The notes under the pieces were generated by a model. That model saw only the letters and a list, made by a program, of their open reading frames with translations, searched no databases and had not been told where the DNA came from. Shown here in pieces: positions 47,771-56,757 of a DNA stretch of 64,000 nt. Each line of letters begins with the position of its first letter. The first letter of the stretch is position 1. The stretch comes from Candidatus Poribacteria bacterium (GTDB lineage Bacteria; Poribacteria; WGA-4E; PCPOR2b). Position numbers and translations under genes: made by a program. The stretch lies in NCBI GenBank assembly GCA_965208325.1, contig OZ242326.1:3360001-3424000 (forward strand), written 5' to 3'.

Positions 47771-48532
47771 TCATTGAAGCTTGCCGTTTTTGTCGAATGT
47801 GTCCACAACGCCGTCGCCCTGTGCGTTGATGCTCATCGAAACGACACCTTTGCTTTTGCCGGAAAAACTGACAATCCCTCCATTCTCACTCACGCCTAGA
47901 ACAGCCTTGGGTTTACCGTCGTTTCCCGCCAAGATAACGCGCCCGGCGTCTTCATCGACGCCAAACACCGCCGCCGAACGCCCATCTTTGCCAAAAGCAT
48001 GCACGAGTCCGCCGTCGTCACCGATGGAGAGCGCCGCTTGTGAACCCCCATCTTTACCGAATACTGTTGCATTTCCGCCATGGTCGCTGATTGACAGCGA
48101 TGCAGCTGATTCGCCGTCTTTACCATACGCGTCGACGCGACCGCCATGTTCAGTAATCAGAAGTATTGCGTTCGATTTGCTATCGTTGCCATAAGCGCGG
48201 ACAAATCCCCCATGCTCCATCGTTCCAATCGACGCTTTTACCTTTCCATCTTTTCCGTATGCGGAAATTCGTCCGACGTGATTGTCGACACTAAGCTGAA
48301 CTAACGTGTTGCCGTCTTCGTCTACCACGCGCAAATTGGTACACTCAATCTCGCCAACCTTATCCTTGTGTGCCGTTGCCGGCGACAGTACCATGCCGAG
48401 AGCCGCGAACATAAATCCGATTGCCGCATAAGCCAACTTAATTTGCCAGTTTTCCCGACTGAACACTTTGCCTTCCCCTTTCCGGTTAGGTTGATTACAA
48501 ATCATCGCGTTCATTGCATCGCCCATACACAT
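47771..48532 (-). CDS. Exported beta-repeat protein (about 22-aa G.V.AxGKDG repeats)
   Basis: Signal or anchor segment, IECTNLRVVDEDG, then 7-8 repeats. Start uncertain. Confidence 0.8.
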   Translation of the reverse strand: MCMGDAMNAMICNQPNRKGEGKVFSRENWQIKLAYAAIGFMFAALGMVLSPATAHKDKVGEIECTNLRVVDEDGNTLVQLSVDNHVGRISAYGKDGKVKASIGTMEHGGFVRAYGNDSKSNAILLITEHGGRVDAYGKDGESAASLSISDHGGNATVFGKDGGSQAALSIGDDGGLVHAFGKDGRSAAVFGVDEDAGRVILAGNDGKPKAVLGVSENGGIVSFSGKSKGVVSMSINAQGDGVVDTFDKNGKLQ

Positions 48533-49435
48533 CGGGTTTTCATATACATCAAGCCCGAAAACGTCCGAAATTTGTCCAATAATGCGAGGTCAATTCTTGA
48601 TCTCCGATTTTCAGTGATGACGAGCAAAATCATCAATATCGTCTCAAGCGGCCGATGTGTTCAAACGCAAAACGATGCAATCGATAGCGCTAACACATTG
48701 TACCCAAAACAACCTTTATTCGTCCAGATGCCACTGTTACTCATATGGCGGTGCCTACGCGTCTAATGCCGCTTTCAATGGTAACACAGAATGGGGTAGG
48801 TGTCGACCAGAATTCGCCAATCCGCGGGGAAATCATCGGTAGTTAGGCAGAGAGATGCGTATGGGATGAGTTTTTTGATTCGTGGCGCGATGCCATTTAC
48901 ATTTATGATACCGCGATATTGGACGGGAAAATCCTTGCGGTTGGTTACAATATGACAGCCTATCTTCCGGAGACTTAGGGTGTTTCCGGTAATCATACCA
49001 TATAAGTAATACCTAAGGGATGTTCCGATAGCCTTGGCTGATACTGCTTTGAATGACGCACACTCGCCCGCGTCCATAATTCAAAGATGATAATATTGCC
49101 CGAGAACGTGAGATTTACCGATTTGGGGAATGAGACCGGCATACCCGTAAATCCAGTGTCAATGTGTAGGCCAAGACAACGTTTCAAATGCACAATAGTA
49201 CTGCTTGAGGGATGGTTTTTCGCTTTGGCATTAAGGGCGAACGCCTAGGAGAGTATATCAAGCTGTCAGAGGGGGCGCGAATTGGAATTATATCAGGGCA
49301 GTGCTGGGACCTGACGCAGCTGTCAGGAATGAGATGGGAAGAATGCCATCAGATTTGCTCTAGGAGATTTTGGATTGAATTGGGGTGACCAAATTAACAC
49401 ATTTGAAACATACTGCGTACAACGACGGGTTATTG

Positions 49436-49803
49436 TTAACGTGTTTCGTGAATTGCCTGATGAATCAAGAGCCATGTATTGTCGGCTTTCCACTTCCTAA
49501 TATAGTAATAGACGGTTTGCCACGGTGGCATATCGTATGGTAGCATTCGCCACTGGCAACCGGACTTAACGACATAAAAGATGGCATTGACGATTAAGCA
49601 CATCTCCCATTTCAGACGTCTACCAAATAGTTGAAGGGTTCGCAGAAACGCGGACTGTTTCTGCCATTGTACATCGGTCAAATCACTAGGGTAACGCGTG
49701 CGGTTCATGTTTACTCCTTTCATTGGTGCGGAATCAACTACTCCAATGAGTAAACGTAAACCTCAACCGTCCAGACATCTTGTTTCTTTTTCAAACAAGC
49801 TCT
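49436..49803 (-). mobile_element. Truncated IS5-family (IS1031/IS427-like) element
   Basis: YPSDLTD.QW, NAIFYVVKSGCQWRMLP, PPWQTVYYY. Single end AGAGCTTGTTTGAAAA at about 49788-49803. Confidence 0.88.
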
Positions 49804-49891
49804 AAATCAGCACACCATGTAAAGACAAAAATCACTAGCCGAGAGTGCATAATCACGCTCCCGGCTTTAGATTAAATTGTGAATGACTATG

Positions 49892-50551
49892 CTAATCATC
49901 GCCACTATTAACTGACGCCGCACCAAACAACGATTCAGACTCACTAATCCGCTCTCTAGACAACCTGAAGCGTTCTTCTGAATCCTTGAGAACCTTATCG
50001 ACCCCTGTCTCTTGGTTAAGCATATCGTTAGAGAGTTGGATAAACCTTGAATCGTTCATTAACTGTTCAGCGCTCCAGCCTGCTTCGATTAGTGGACGTG
50101 CATAGTCGAATACTGGATGATTCATTGTGTGCGTTGTTGTGTCTGGGATACTAGATAGTAACGCTTTGATTTCGGATTTCATCTCAACGACCGCATCCTT
50201 ATCTATCTTAGCCATTAACGCATAAACCTCAGCTTTGGCTTGGTCAATGGTCAGACCATAAAGAGGATGGTCAAGGGGTACATTATCAATTACTTTACCT
50301 GATGCATTCTCTAATGTGTCTGTCTCCATTTCAGCATCCTGTGTTTGGGTTAGTATACCCTCGACAATAACACTTTGTGTTGTGGTGGATATAGGCGCAC
50401 TTTTTTGAGTTTCACGCTGAGTATTTGCCACAACGTTAAATTCGGACATCTCTTTATCGAATTGTTGTCTATCGAATTTAAAATAAACAACACAAGAGAC
50501 AACAAACACTAAACTAAACAACATTATCGCTAACAACCATCTTTTTGACAT
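49892..50551 (-). CDS. Membrane-anchored protein of the local family (C-domain type)
   Basis: AAGGAG SD; N-terminal TM; EMKSEIKALLSSIP...HPVFDYARPLIEAGWSAEQLMND. Terminator-like hairpin at 49838-49867. Confidence 0.8.
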   Translation of the reverse strand: MSKRWLLAIMLFSLVFVVSCVVYFKFDRQQFDKEMSEFNVVANTQRETQKSAPISTTTQSVIVEGILTQTQDAEMETDTLENASGKVIDNVPLDHPLYGLTIDQAKAEVYALMAKIDKDAVVEMKSEIKALLSSIPDTTTHTMNHPVFDYARPLIEAGWSAEQLMNDSRFIQLSNDMLNQETGVDKVLKDSEERFRLSRERISESESLFGAASVNSGDD

Positions 50552-50591
50552 GACTAATCTCCTTTCGCTAATTGTAACAGAGTTAGTTAAG

Positions 50592-51242
50592 TTATGGCAA
50601 CCTACCTCTAGCGTCCTCTATATCTTCTATGAGTTGGTCAGCTTCGTCAAGCAAGCCGCTTAACTTTCCTTTGACGGCGTCAAGATGGCGCATCGCCATA
50701 TCGTGATTGAGTTGAGTAAAAATGTAATGGTTCTGTGCTACTCTTACTACTGTTTGCTGATGTGATATTTCCCAACGTTTATTGATCCCCCTTAGAATTT
50801 CAGCTTGGATTTGAGCATTTAAGGAGGCAATCTCAGCTTCTAGTCTCCACAATGTACTCGGTGAGACAGCATCCTTTAGCTCCTCAGCCTTTTGGTCTCT
50901 TGTAGCTTCAAGAGAATCCATTCTGTCTTCTATAGCGTTCAATTCAGCTATAAGCGTTGACAATTTACCTACAGCGTCTTGCCATGCTTCGTATGCGGTG
51001 TTACGTTGTGCACGTGCAGCCTGCTCTTGGGCGTTAGCACTATCCACATCGTCTTTAGCCTGCTTTATCTTGTCGGCTAATGTTTCTTGTTTTTTCAAAA
51101 GCTCACGTATTTCATTCCAAATAATCGGAATCCAAGTCAAAGGATTATTTGGTGTGGGTGGAGTTTGAGAGATTGCTATTAAAACAACACAAAACAATAA
51201 AATTAAACTAATCACGACCAATGTGCTACGCTTACTAATCAT
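50592..51242 (-). CDS. Exported coiled-coil protein of the local family
   Basis: AAGGAG SD; signal peptide; heptad pattern. Promoter TTGACC-17-TATCGT at 51283-51311. Confidence 0.8.
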   Translation of the reverse strand: MISKRSTLVVISLILLFCVVLIAISQTPPTPNNPLTWIPIIWNEIRELLKKQETLADKIKQAKDDVDSANAQEQAARAQRNTAYEAWQDAVGKLSTLIAELNAIEDRMDSLEATRDQKAEELKDAVSPSTLWRLEAEIASLNAQIQAEILRGINKRWEISHQQTVVRVAQNHYIFTQLNHDMAMRHLDAVKGKLSGLLDEADQLIEDIEDARGRLP

Positions 51243-51415
51243 GTCATTCTCCTTATTGTTTTTGTGGTGAATTGGTACATCAACGATATACAGAATTACG
51301 CCATAGGTCAATAAGAAAACAAAAAACTTTCAAAAAAATACAAAATCAGACATCTTTCCAAAATAGATTTATGTAGTTGAAGTAATCTTGGGGAATAGAA
51401 TAACTACCCTATTTG

Positions 51416-51643
51416 TCAACTTGTCGAGGCGTGTCTCAAGTTAACAATGGCAGCAATCACATTCCATGTTTTACCATAGTTGCGATGTTTGCCTTGATAG
51501 ATGTCTTTGGTGATGCGAAAAATCTTACACCATCTGACGATATGCTCAATGGCAATCCTGTGTGTTGCCAATTGTCGGTTGAATCGCTTTGCCTCCGGAG
51601 TCAAGGGCTTGCTCCGATATGCCTTGATAACCCCTGTCAGCAA
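51416..51643 (-). mobile_element. Transposase C-terminal remnant (IS5/ISL2-IS702-like)
   Basis: KPLTPEAKRFNRQLATHRIAIEHIVRWCKIFRI...NVIAAIVN. Confidence 0.75.
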
Positions 51644-52329
51644 ACCTCTCGGTTTCAGGGGAAATTGCTAGACGGCTTTCGGCTAGCATATGGTGTCAAG
51701 GAAAAATGAATGCATGGTGCAACTATATCCAAAAATTTTTGCATCGTGTGACCTAGCGCAAGATAAATTTCAGCCAAGAAAGTCTACGGGAAGCAGTCAA
51801 ATCGGGGCAAGCGACTTCTTGTATTGTTTCGCTAGCCCCGTATTCGCGGAAATGCAATTAAGAGTTATTAGTGGTGTAGAAAAGGTTGGCAACAATCTGG
51901 TGCGATAGGCGATTCGGACGGTTACAACAAAAGGCGGGTACTGTTATTTCTCACTGGGGAATAAGTCGCGACTCCAGTGGAAATTGAGTGAGAGATAGAC
52001 GGAATGAATGCTGAACGACGGTGGTGCTGGTGCAATGGAGGAATGATAACGCCAGGGTTGGATATGTTTTGGGCAAATTACCGTAACGGCGCGATGATTT
52101 GCGCGATGGTTTGAATGAGTGGCTCGGTGGGTGGCAATAATTATTGTCTTGCCCGTTGTCGGCAGCGAGTAGAACTGTGCCTTCCAACATAGCGAGTATG
52201 GGGTGGGATCGAATCCCGAAGCAATTCAGGGTTTACTGCTCCGGGATTCGTTTTCGAGGAACCCGAAAACGACGCTTCAAAGCCTTCTGAGACTTTATCC
52301 TGAAGCATGCTCTCTCTAAACATCTCGGT

Positions 52330-52515
52330 TTACCGCTCTAATACCTTCTCAAGCAATAGATGTAGCTCAAGACTCAGCGAATTTCTGTTCTTCGTGGCTC
52401 TTGCCCGAAGCCGGTCGTAAAGTCTTGGCTCCAGGCGGCACCGAAATGGAACAGGTTCCTCCTCAAAAATCTTTTGACGCGAGGTTCTCCTTGCGCCGGT
52501 TGTTCGTTTTTTCAT
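52330..52515 (-). CDS. Arc/MetJ-type RHH DNA-binding protein, paralog 2
   Basis: 39/52 aa identical to 29178-29384; AAGGAG SD. Confidence 0.8.
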   Translation of the reverse strand: MKKRTTGARRTSRQKIFEEEPVPFRCRLEPRLYDRLRARATKNRNSLSLELHLLLEKVLER

Positions 52516-52558
52516 TTGCTCTCCTTTTGGCAAATGTGATTGGTACAACTATAACCAA

Positions 52559-52607
52559 ATTATACTGAAATTAGTACATTATGTCAAGTGAAAATGGCGT
52601 CATGATT
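52559..52607 (-). promoter_or_regulatory. Consensus sigma70 promoter plus conserved upstream motif of RHH gene 2
   Basis: TTGACA-17-TATAAT preceded by AATCATGACGCCATTTTCAC. Confidence 0.8.
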
Positions 52608-52929
52608 TTACATTACTGAGGGTTCATTTAATTGATTGGGTTACCGGTAACTCAATATTAGTCATCGAATGTAATCTAGATATTTACCACGGCAGCCGCA
52701 AAAAGTAAAACGCGCTAGTTTGATCGCTGTTGGAACAACTTTTGGTATTGATGTAGATTTGGTTTCCTTCTAATTTTAGCTGGGACAACGGCTCAAGACA
52801 ATACTACGAACAGATTTGCAGTTACGACTCATCAGCAAGGCCTGAAAATATGCCGAAGGAAAGTCTCACTCGACAATTCTATACGCTAAATAATAGTGGG
52901 CCGATGGTTGTAACCGCTCGTTATTTGAC

Positions 52930-53158
52930 AGCTTCATTTTAGCTGCACCGAATAACTCTATACGAGTTAAACTCGAAGGTGCTCACTTACTAGACGTGGC
53001 GCCCACACTTCTTGAGTTGGGTGGATTATGATATACCCTCATCAATGCAAGGCAAATCTCTCGTGACAGGTTTCGGCGCAAAAGATAGTTTGAATAACCC
53101 GCTCGAAGAGGAGACGCTGATTTCAGTGCGGCTCAAGGCGTTGGGATACATGTCGTAG
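52930..53158 (+). pseudogene. C-terminal remnant of alkaline-phosphatase-superfamily phosphodiesterase
   Basis: SFILAAP...GAHLLDVAPTLLELG / YDIPSSMQGKSL...EETLISVRLKALGYMS*, with a frameshift. Confidence 0.75.
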
Positions 53159-53542
53159 AATATGTTTCCCGCCTTATGCAGCATATTGGTCCTGTTTCTT
53201 CGTTGGTTTAAAATCGTCCTTCATAATCCTGCGCTATTACTCTTCCTAAAAAATGGACATGCCATAAAGGCGAACCCCCGACTGCGTATTGCTCAGTTTG
53301 TGGACAGCCCTGTTCATTTATTGGACAGTTTTTCAAGCAATGTTCGCCATCACGCCTTATTTTAAAACATTTCAAATTGGCACCATACTTGCTATATTTA
53401 AACATTACTATTTCTATCTTCGAATTTCTCGCTGCCTCGCGTCCTGCCTTCGGATTTCAGGATCCAGGACCACGCGGTGTAAAACCGGTCAGACGAAAGC
53501 GCTGAATTTCTGGGATTAAATCCTAATCTTAGCTAAAAAGTA

Positions 53543-54682
53543 ATGGAGGACACGTCAATGACATCGAAAAATCGACGCAAATACGCAACTATTGTATTGG
53601 GACTCATCATTTTTATCAGCCAGCCTTTTTATGGGGCAAGCCAAGCCGCGGATGCTTCAGATTACCGTGAGTTGAATCAGCAAGTGATAGAAGCGATTGA
53701 TCGGGGGCTTAATTGGCTGAAATTACAGCAAGGGGAGGACGGACTCTTTCATGATCACCCCGGGTTAACCGCTCTGGCAATATCTGCGTTCTTGCGGCAC
53801 CCGGAAAATAGGTTTAAGGAAGCCGAACATCCGTTTATCCAAAAGTCAATTGAGGCATTGCTCAAATTGCAGCAACCCAATGGCGGGATTTATGATGTAG
53901 AGAAACAGCCCGCGCTGCCGAACTACAATACCTCCGTCGCGTTACTAGCGCTGTCAGATACGGACAATCCCGAATACAAAGACGCCATTGAGAATGCGCA
54001 GAAGTTTGTCAAGGGGCTTCAAGTTCAAGATACGGAAAGCGTGTATTACGGCGGTATCGGTTATGGGAGCCGCGAGACCGTGCACGACCTCTCCAATTTG
54101 AACTTTGCGCTCCAATCCTTAAAAGAGAGCGGTGTTGAAGATCAGGCTGTATGGGACAAAGCCATCAAGTTTCTCGAAAGGTGCCAAAATAACAGCGAAA
54201 CCAACGATCAGCGTTGGGCTGGGAACGACGGCGGTTTTATTTATGCCCCTGACGGCGAGAGCAAAGCAGGGAGCAACAAATCCTATGCGAGCATGACGTA
54301 TGCGGGGTTGTTGAGTTTTATCTACGCCAATGTTGACAAAAACGACCCGCGTGTGCAGGCTGCCGTCGGTTGGATTAAGCAGCACTTCACCGTTGAAGAA
54401 AACTACGGTATGGGTAAACAGGGACTATACTATAATTACCATACAATGGCAAAAGCGCTCAAAATCTACGATGAAGCGGTTATTGTCGATGCTAAGGGTA
54501 TCTCTCACGATTGGTACAAGGAGCTAGCCGAGAAGCTTATCTCCGAGCAGATTGTTTTAGATACGGAGCAATCCCAAGGATATTGGCAGAACGCGGAAGC
54601 GAGATGGTGGGAACGTGATCCCGTACTCGTAACCTCGTATTCGGTATTGGCTCTTGCGACAGCGTACCGACCGTCGTCATAG
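53543..54682 (+). CDS. Exported prenyltransferase/squalene-oxidase repeat protein
   Basis: Signal peptide; QW-like repeats GLNWLKLQQGEDG, LLKLQQPNGG, FLERCQN; DLSN; SYASMTYAG. Confidence 0.85.
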   Translation: MEDTSMTSKNRRKYATIVLGLIIFISQPFYGASQAADASDYRELNQQVIEAIDRGLNWLKLQQGEDGLFHDHPGLTALAISAFLRHPENRFKEAEHPFIQKSIEALLKLQQPNGGIYDVEKQPALPNYNTSVALLALSDTDNPEYKDAIENAQKFVKGLQVQDTESVYYGGIGYGSRETVHDLSNLNFALQSLKESGVEDQAVWDKAIKFLERCQNNSETNDQRWAGNDGGFIYAPDGESKAGSNKSYASMTYAGLLSFIYANVDKNDPRVQAAVGWIKQHFTVEENYGMGKQGLYYNYHTMAKALKIYDEAVIVDAKGISHDWYKELAEKLISEQIVLDTEQSQGYWQNAEARWWERDPVLVTSYSVLALATAYRPSS

Positions 54683-54711
54683 CCAGCATATTTAATTGAT
54701 TGTGCTAACAT

Positions 54712-54740
54712 AGCCCAAGCTGTGCGCTTGGGCTTTTTTT
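54712..54740 (+). terminator. Intrinsic terminator
   Basis: AGCCCAAGC-TGTGC-GCTTGGGCT-TTTTTT. Confidence 0.9.
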
Positions 54741-54752
54741 ATGTCAACTCCT

Positions 54753-55093
54753 AGAGCCTGTTTGAAAATTAGGCGGCAAACCCATTTTTGGGCGGTTGAG
54801 TCGTTATATTCGGTGGCTTGATTCCACGAAATACGTTACTCCAACATTGAGCGGGGCAAGATGCCCCGCCTACAAGGTGTAATGGTGTACGCGGGTCAAG
54901 ATGCCCCGCCTACAAGGCGTAGTGGTGGACGCGGGGCAAGGAAGATGTCTATTGCGCGGGATTTACTATCGCGTTTGCTATTCGTTCAGTTGATTCTATT
55001 CAGTCGCTTGATCCCCGCCTACGGAAGGTAGTGAGTTACTATACACCTGCCGCCCCTCTGGGCCTGTATAAAATGAATCTACAAACAGGTTCT
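54753..55093. mobile_element. MITE with IS5-type ends carrying REP-like tandem repeats
   Basis: AGAGCCTGTTTG / CAAACAGGTTCT (11/12). Internal 40-bp tandem repeat starting at 54851, 54891 and 54931 (partial). Confidence 0.75.
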
Positions 55094-55235
55094 TAAAAAT
55101 CTCAGCCTATTTAAAAATCCATTAGATTTATTAATCGACACACGGATTAAAGCGCGAATGGGCATCCTTGTGGAATTACGTCAAATAGCTATGGAAATCA
55201 TCTCAGGGTACAATCTGGGCAACACAGTTAGAGGA

Positions 55236-55299
55236 GTCACGGATATCCGTGACCAGCTTTATTTTAACGCTTGATCTCTATTTGCGGGAATGCTATAAT
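55236..55299 (+). promoter_or_regulatory. 18-bp palindrome plus sigma70 promoter of the Rieske/cytb operon
   Basis: GTCACGGATATCCGTGAC (55236-53); TTGATC-17-TATAAT with TGn extension. Confidence 0.8.
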
Positions 55300-55319
55300 A
55301 CGCGCCGTAAATTCAATCT

Positions 55320-55829
55320 TTGAAGTGTGAGGTGGCAAAAGTGTTATCTCGACGCCAGTTTTTTCAATCGTCAGGCTGGGCGATTTTTACGGCTGCTTTA
55401 GGTTTTGCCTTCGGTCCCGGATTAGTTAGGTATTTATATCCGCGCGTCCTTTTTGAGCCGTCGTCCGTCTTTAAGGCGGGATTTCCGGCTGAATATCCCC
55501 CCGGCACTGTGAGCGAACGGTGGAAAAAAACGCCGTATGGGGTTTGGATTGCTCGAAAAGAAGATGGCGAGTTTTATGCGTTGTTAGCAATCTGCACTCA
55601 TCTAGGCTGTACGCCGCGATGGTTCGGGTCGGAGAACAAGTTCAAGTGCCCCTGCCACGGGAGCGGTTTTGACCGGGAAGGCATTAACTATGAAGGGCCT
55701 GCGCCGCGTCCGCTTGAACGCGTAAAAATTTCTCTGGCAGAGGACGGGCAACTGCTTATTGACAAGTCCATCAAATTCCTATATGAGAAGGATCAGTGGG
55801 ACAATCCGGGAGCGTCGTTAAAGGCTTAG
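55320..55829 (+). CDS. qcrA: Rieske iron-sulfur subunit
   Basis: Tat motif SRRQFF; CTHLGC; CPCHGS; GPAPRPL. Start probably GTG 55341. Confidence 0.95.
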   Translation: MKCEVAKVLSRRQFFQSSGWAIFTAALGFAFGPGLVRYLYPRVLFEPSSVFKAGFPAEYPPGTVSERWKKTPYGVWIARKEDGEFYALLAICTHLGCTPRWFGSENKFKCPCHGSGFDREGINYEGPAPRPLERVKISLAEDGQLLIDKSIKFLYEKDQWDNPGASLKA

Positions 55830-55938
55830 TTGAAATTGTTGTTCCAAAAGCATATTTCTGATGAAAGAAAGGGGTTATCCAGTTTCGCTAGACAGGACGG
55901 CAGTAGGGTTCTGTACAGGCATGGGCTGTTGATTTCTA

Positions 55939-56709
55939 ATGGACGAAAAACGTAACGGACTCAAGGAAAAGATAACAAACTCCCAGATTTGGCGATCCAT
56001 GTTTCGGCATGGTTACGAAAAGACCGGGAGGCGGTATACCCTCCAAATTCTCCAGAACGTCTGGCTGCATTTGCACCCGCCTCGTGTGCCGCGGCACGGC
56101 ATCAACTTCCGGTTTACATGGTGCATGGGCGGAATTACCTTCTTGATGTTTCTTGTCACTGCGGTGACGGGTGTATTGCTTATGTTTTACTACCGCCCCA
56201 CGGCTGAATACGCCTTTCGAGATATCCAGTATCTTGAATTTGATATTCCTTTCGGAATGCTGCTTCGGAATATGCACCGCTGGGCAGCGCACGGTATGGT
56301 CATCGCTGTGATGCTTCACATGTTCCGGGTTTTCCTGACGGGTTCTTACAAAAAACCGCGCGAGTTCAATTGGGCGGTTGGCGTTATCCTGCTGGTTGTC
56401 ACCCTCTTTCTCAGCTTTACCGGTTATCTGCTGCCGTGGGACCAGCTCGCATTATGGGCGGTAACCGTCGGCACAAATATGGCGAGCGCCACGCCGGTCC
56501 TGGGGTACGAAGGTCCGTTCGTTCCGCAAGCTATCACGCAGTCCAATGATGTCCGATTTGCGCTGCTCGGCGGGACAATTGTTGGCCCTTCGACGCTATT
56601 GCGGTTTTATATTTTACACTGCGTGGCGGTCCCGATTTTAGCCAGCGTATTGATGGCATTGCACTTTTGGCGCGTCCGCAAAGACGGCGGAATTTCCGGT
56701 CCTCTGTAA
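55939..56709 (+). CDS. qcrB: Cytochrome b6-type subunit (N-terminal half of split cytochrome b)
   Basis: TWCMGGITF (heme ci-type Cys), RNMHRWAAH, LHMFRVF, PREFNW, GYLLPWDQ, RFYILH...LHF. Confidence 0.95.
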   Translation: MDEKRNGLKEKITNSQIWRSMFRHGYEKTGRRYTLQILQNVWLHLHPPRVPRHGINFRFTWCMGGITFLMFLVTAVTGVLLMFYYRPTAEYAFRDIQYLEFDIPFGMLLRNMHRWAAHGMVIAVMLHMFRVFLTGSYKKPREFNWAVGVILLVVTLFLSFTGYLLPWDQLALWAVTVGTNMASATPVLGYEGPFVPQAITQSNDVRFALLGGTIVGPSTLLRFYILHCVAVPILASVLMALHFWRVRKDGGISGPL

Positions 56710-56757
56710 GCATTCAATTGTCTCATTCCAGTCGAAAAAGTAGAGGGGTAAAAGACT

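Noticed and set aside
48540..49430. Short ORFs or a possible nucleotidyltransferase remnant
   Set aside because: No convincing motif, SD or consistent frame; treated as degraded sequence.
52198..52222. GGGATCGAATCCC T-arm-like hairpin
   Set aside because: No cloverleaf or CCA end on either strand.
44747..52515. Integron cassette array
   Set aside because: Genes are co-oriented, but no attC (RYYYAAC...GTTRRRY) pattern or integrase was found.
54851..54940. 40-bp periodic repeat as a CRISPR array
   Set aside because: Only about 2.25 units, the intervening sequences are near-identical rather than unique spacers, and no cas genes are present.
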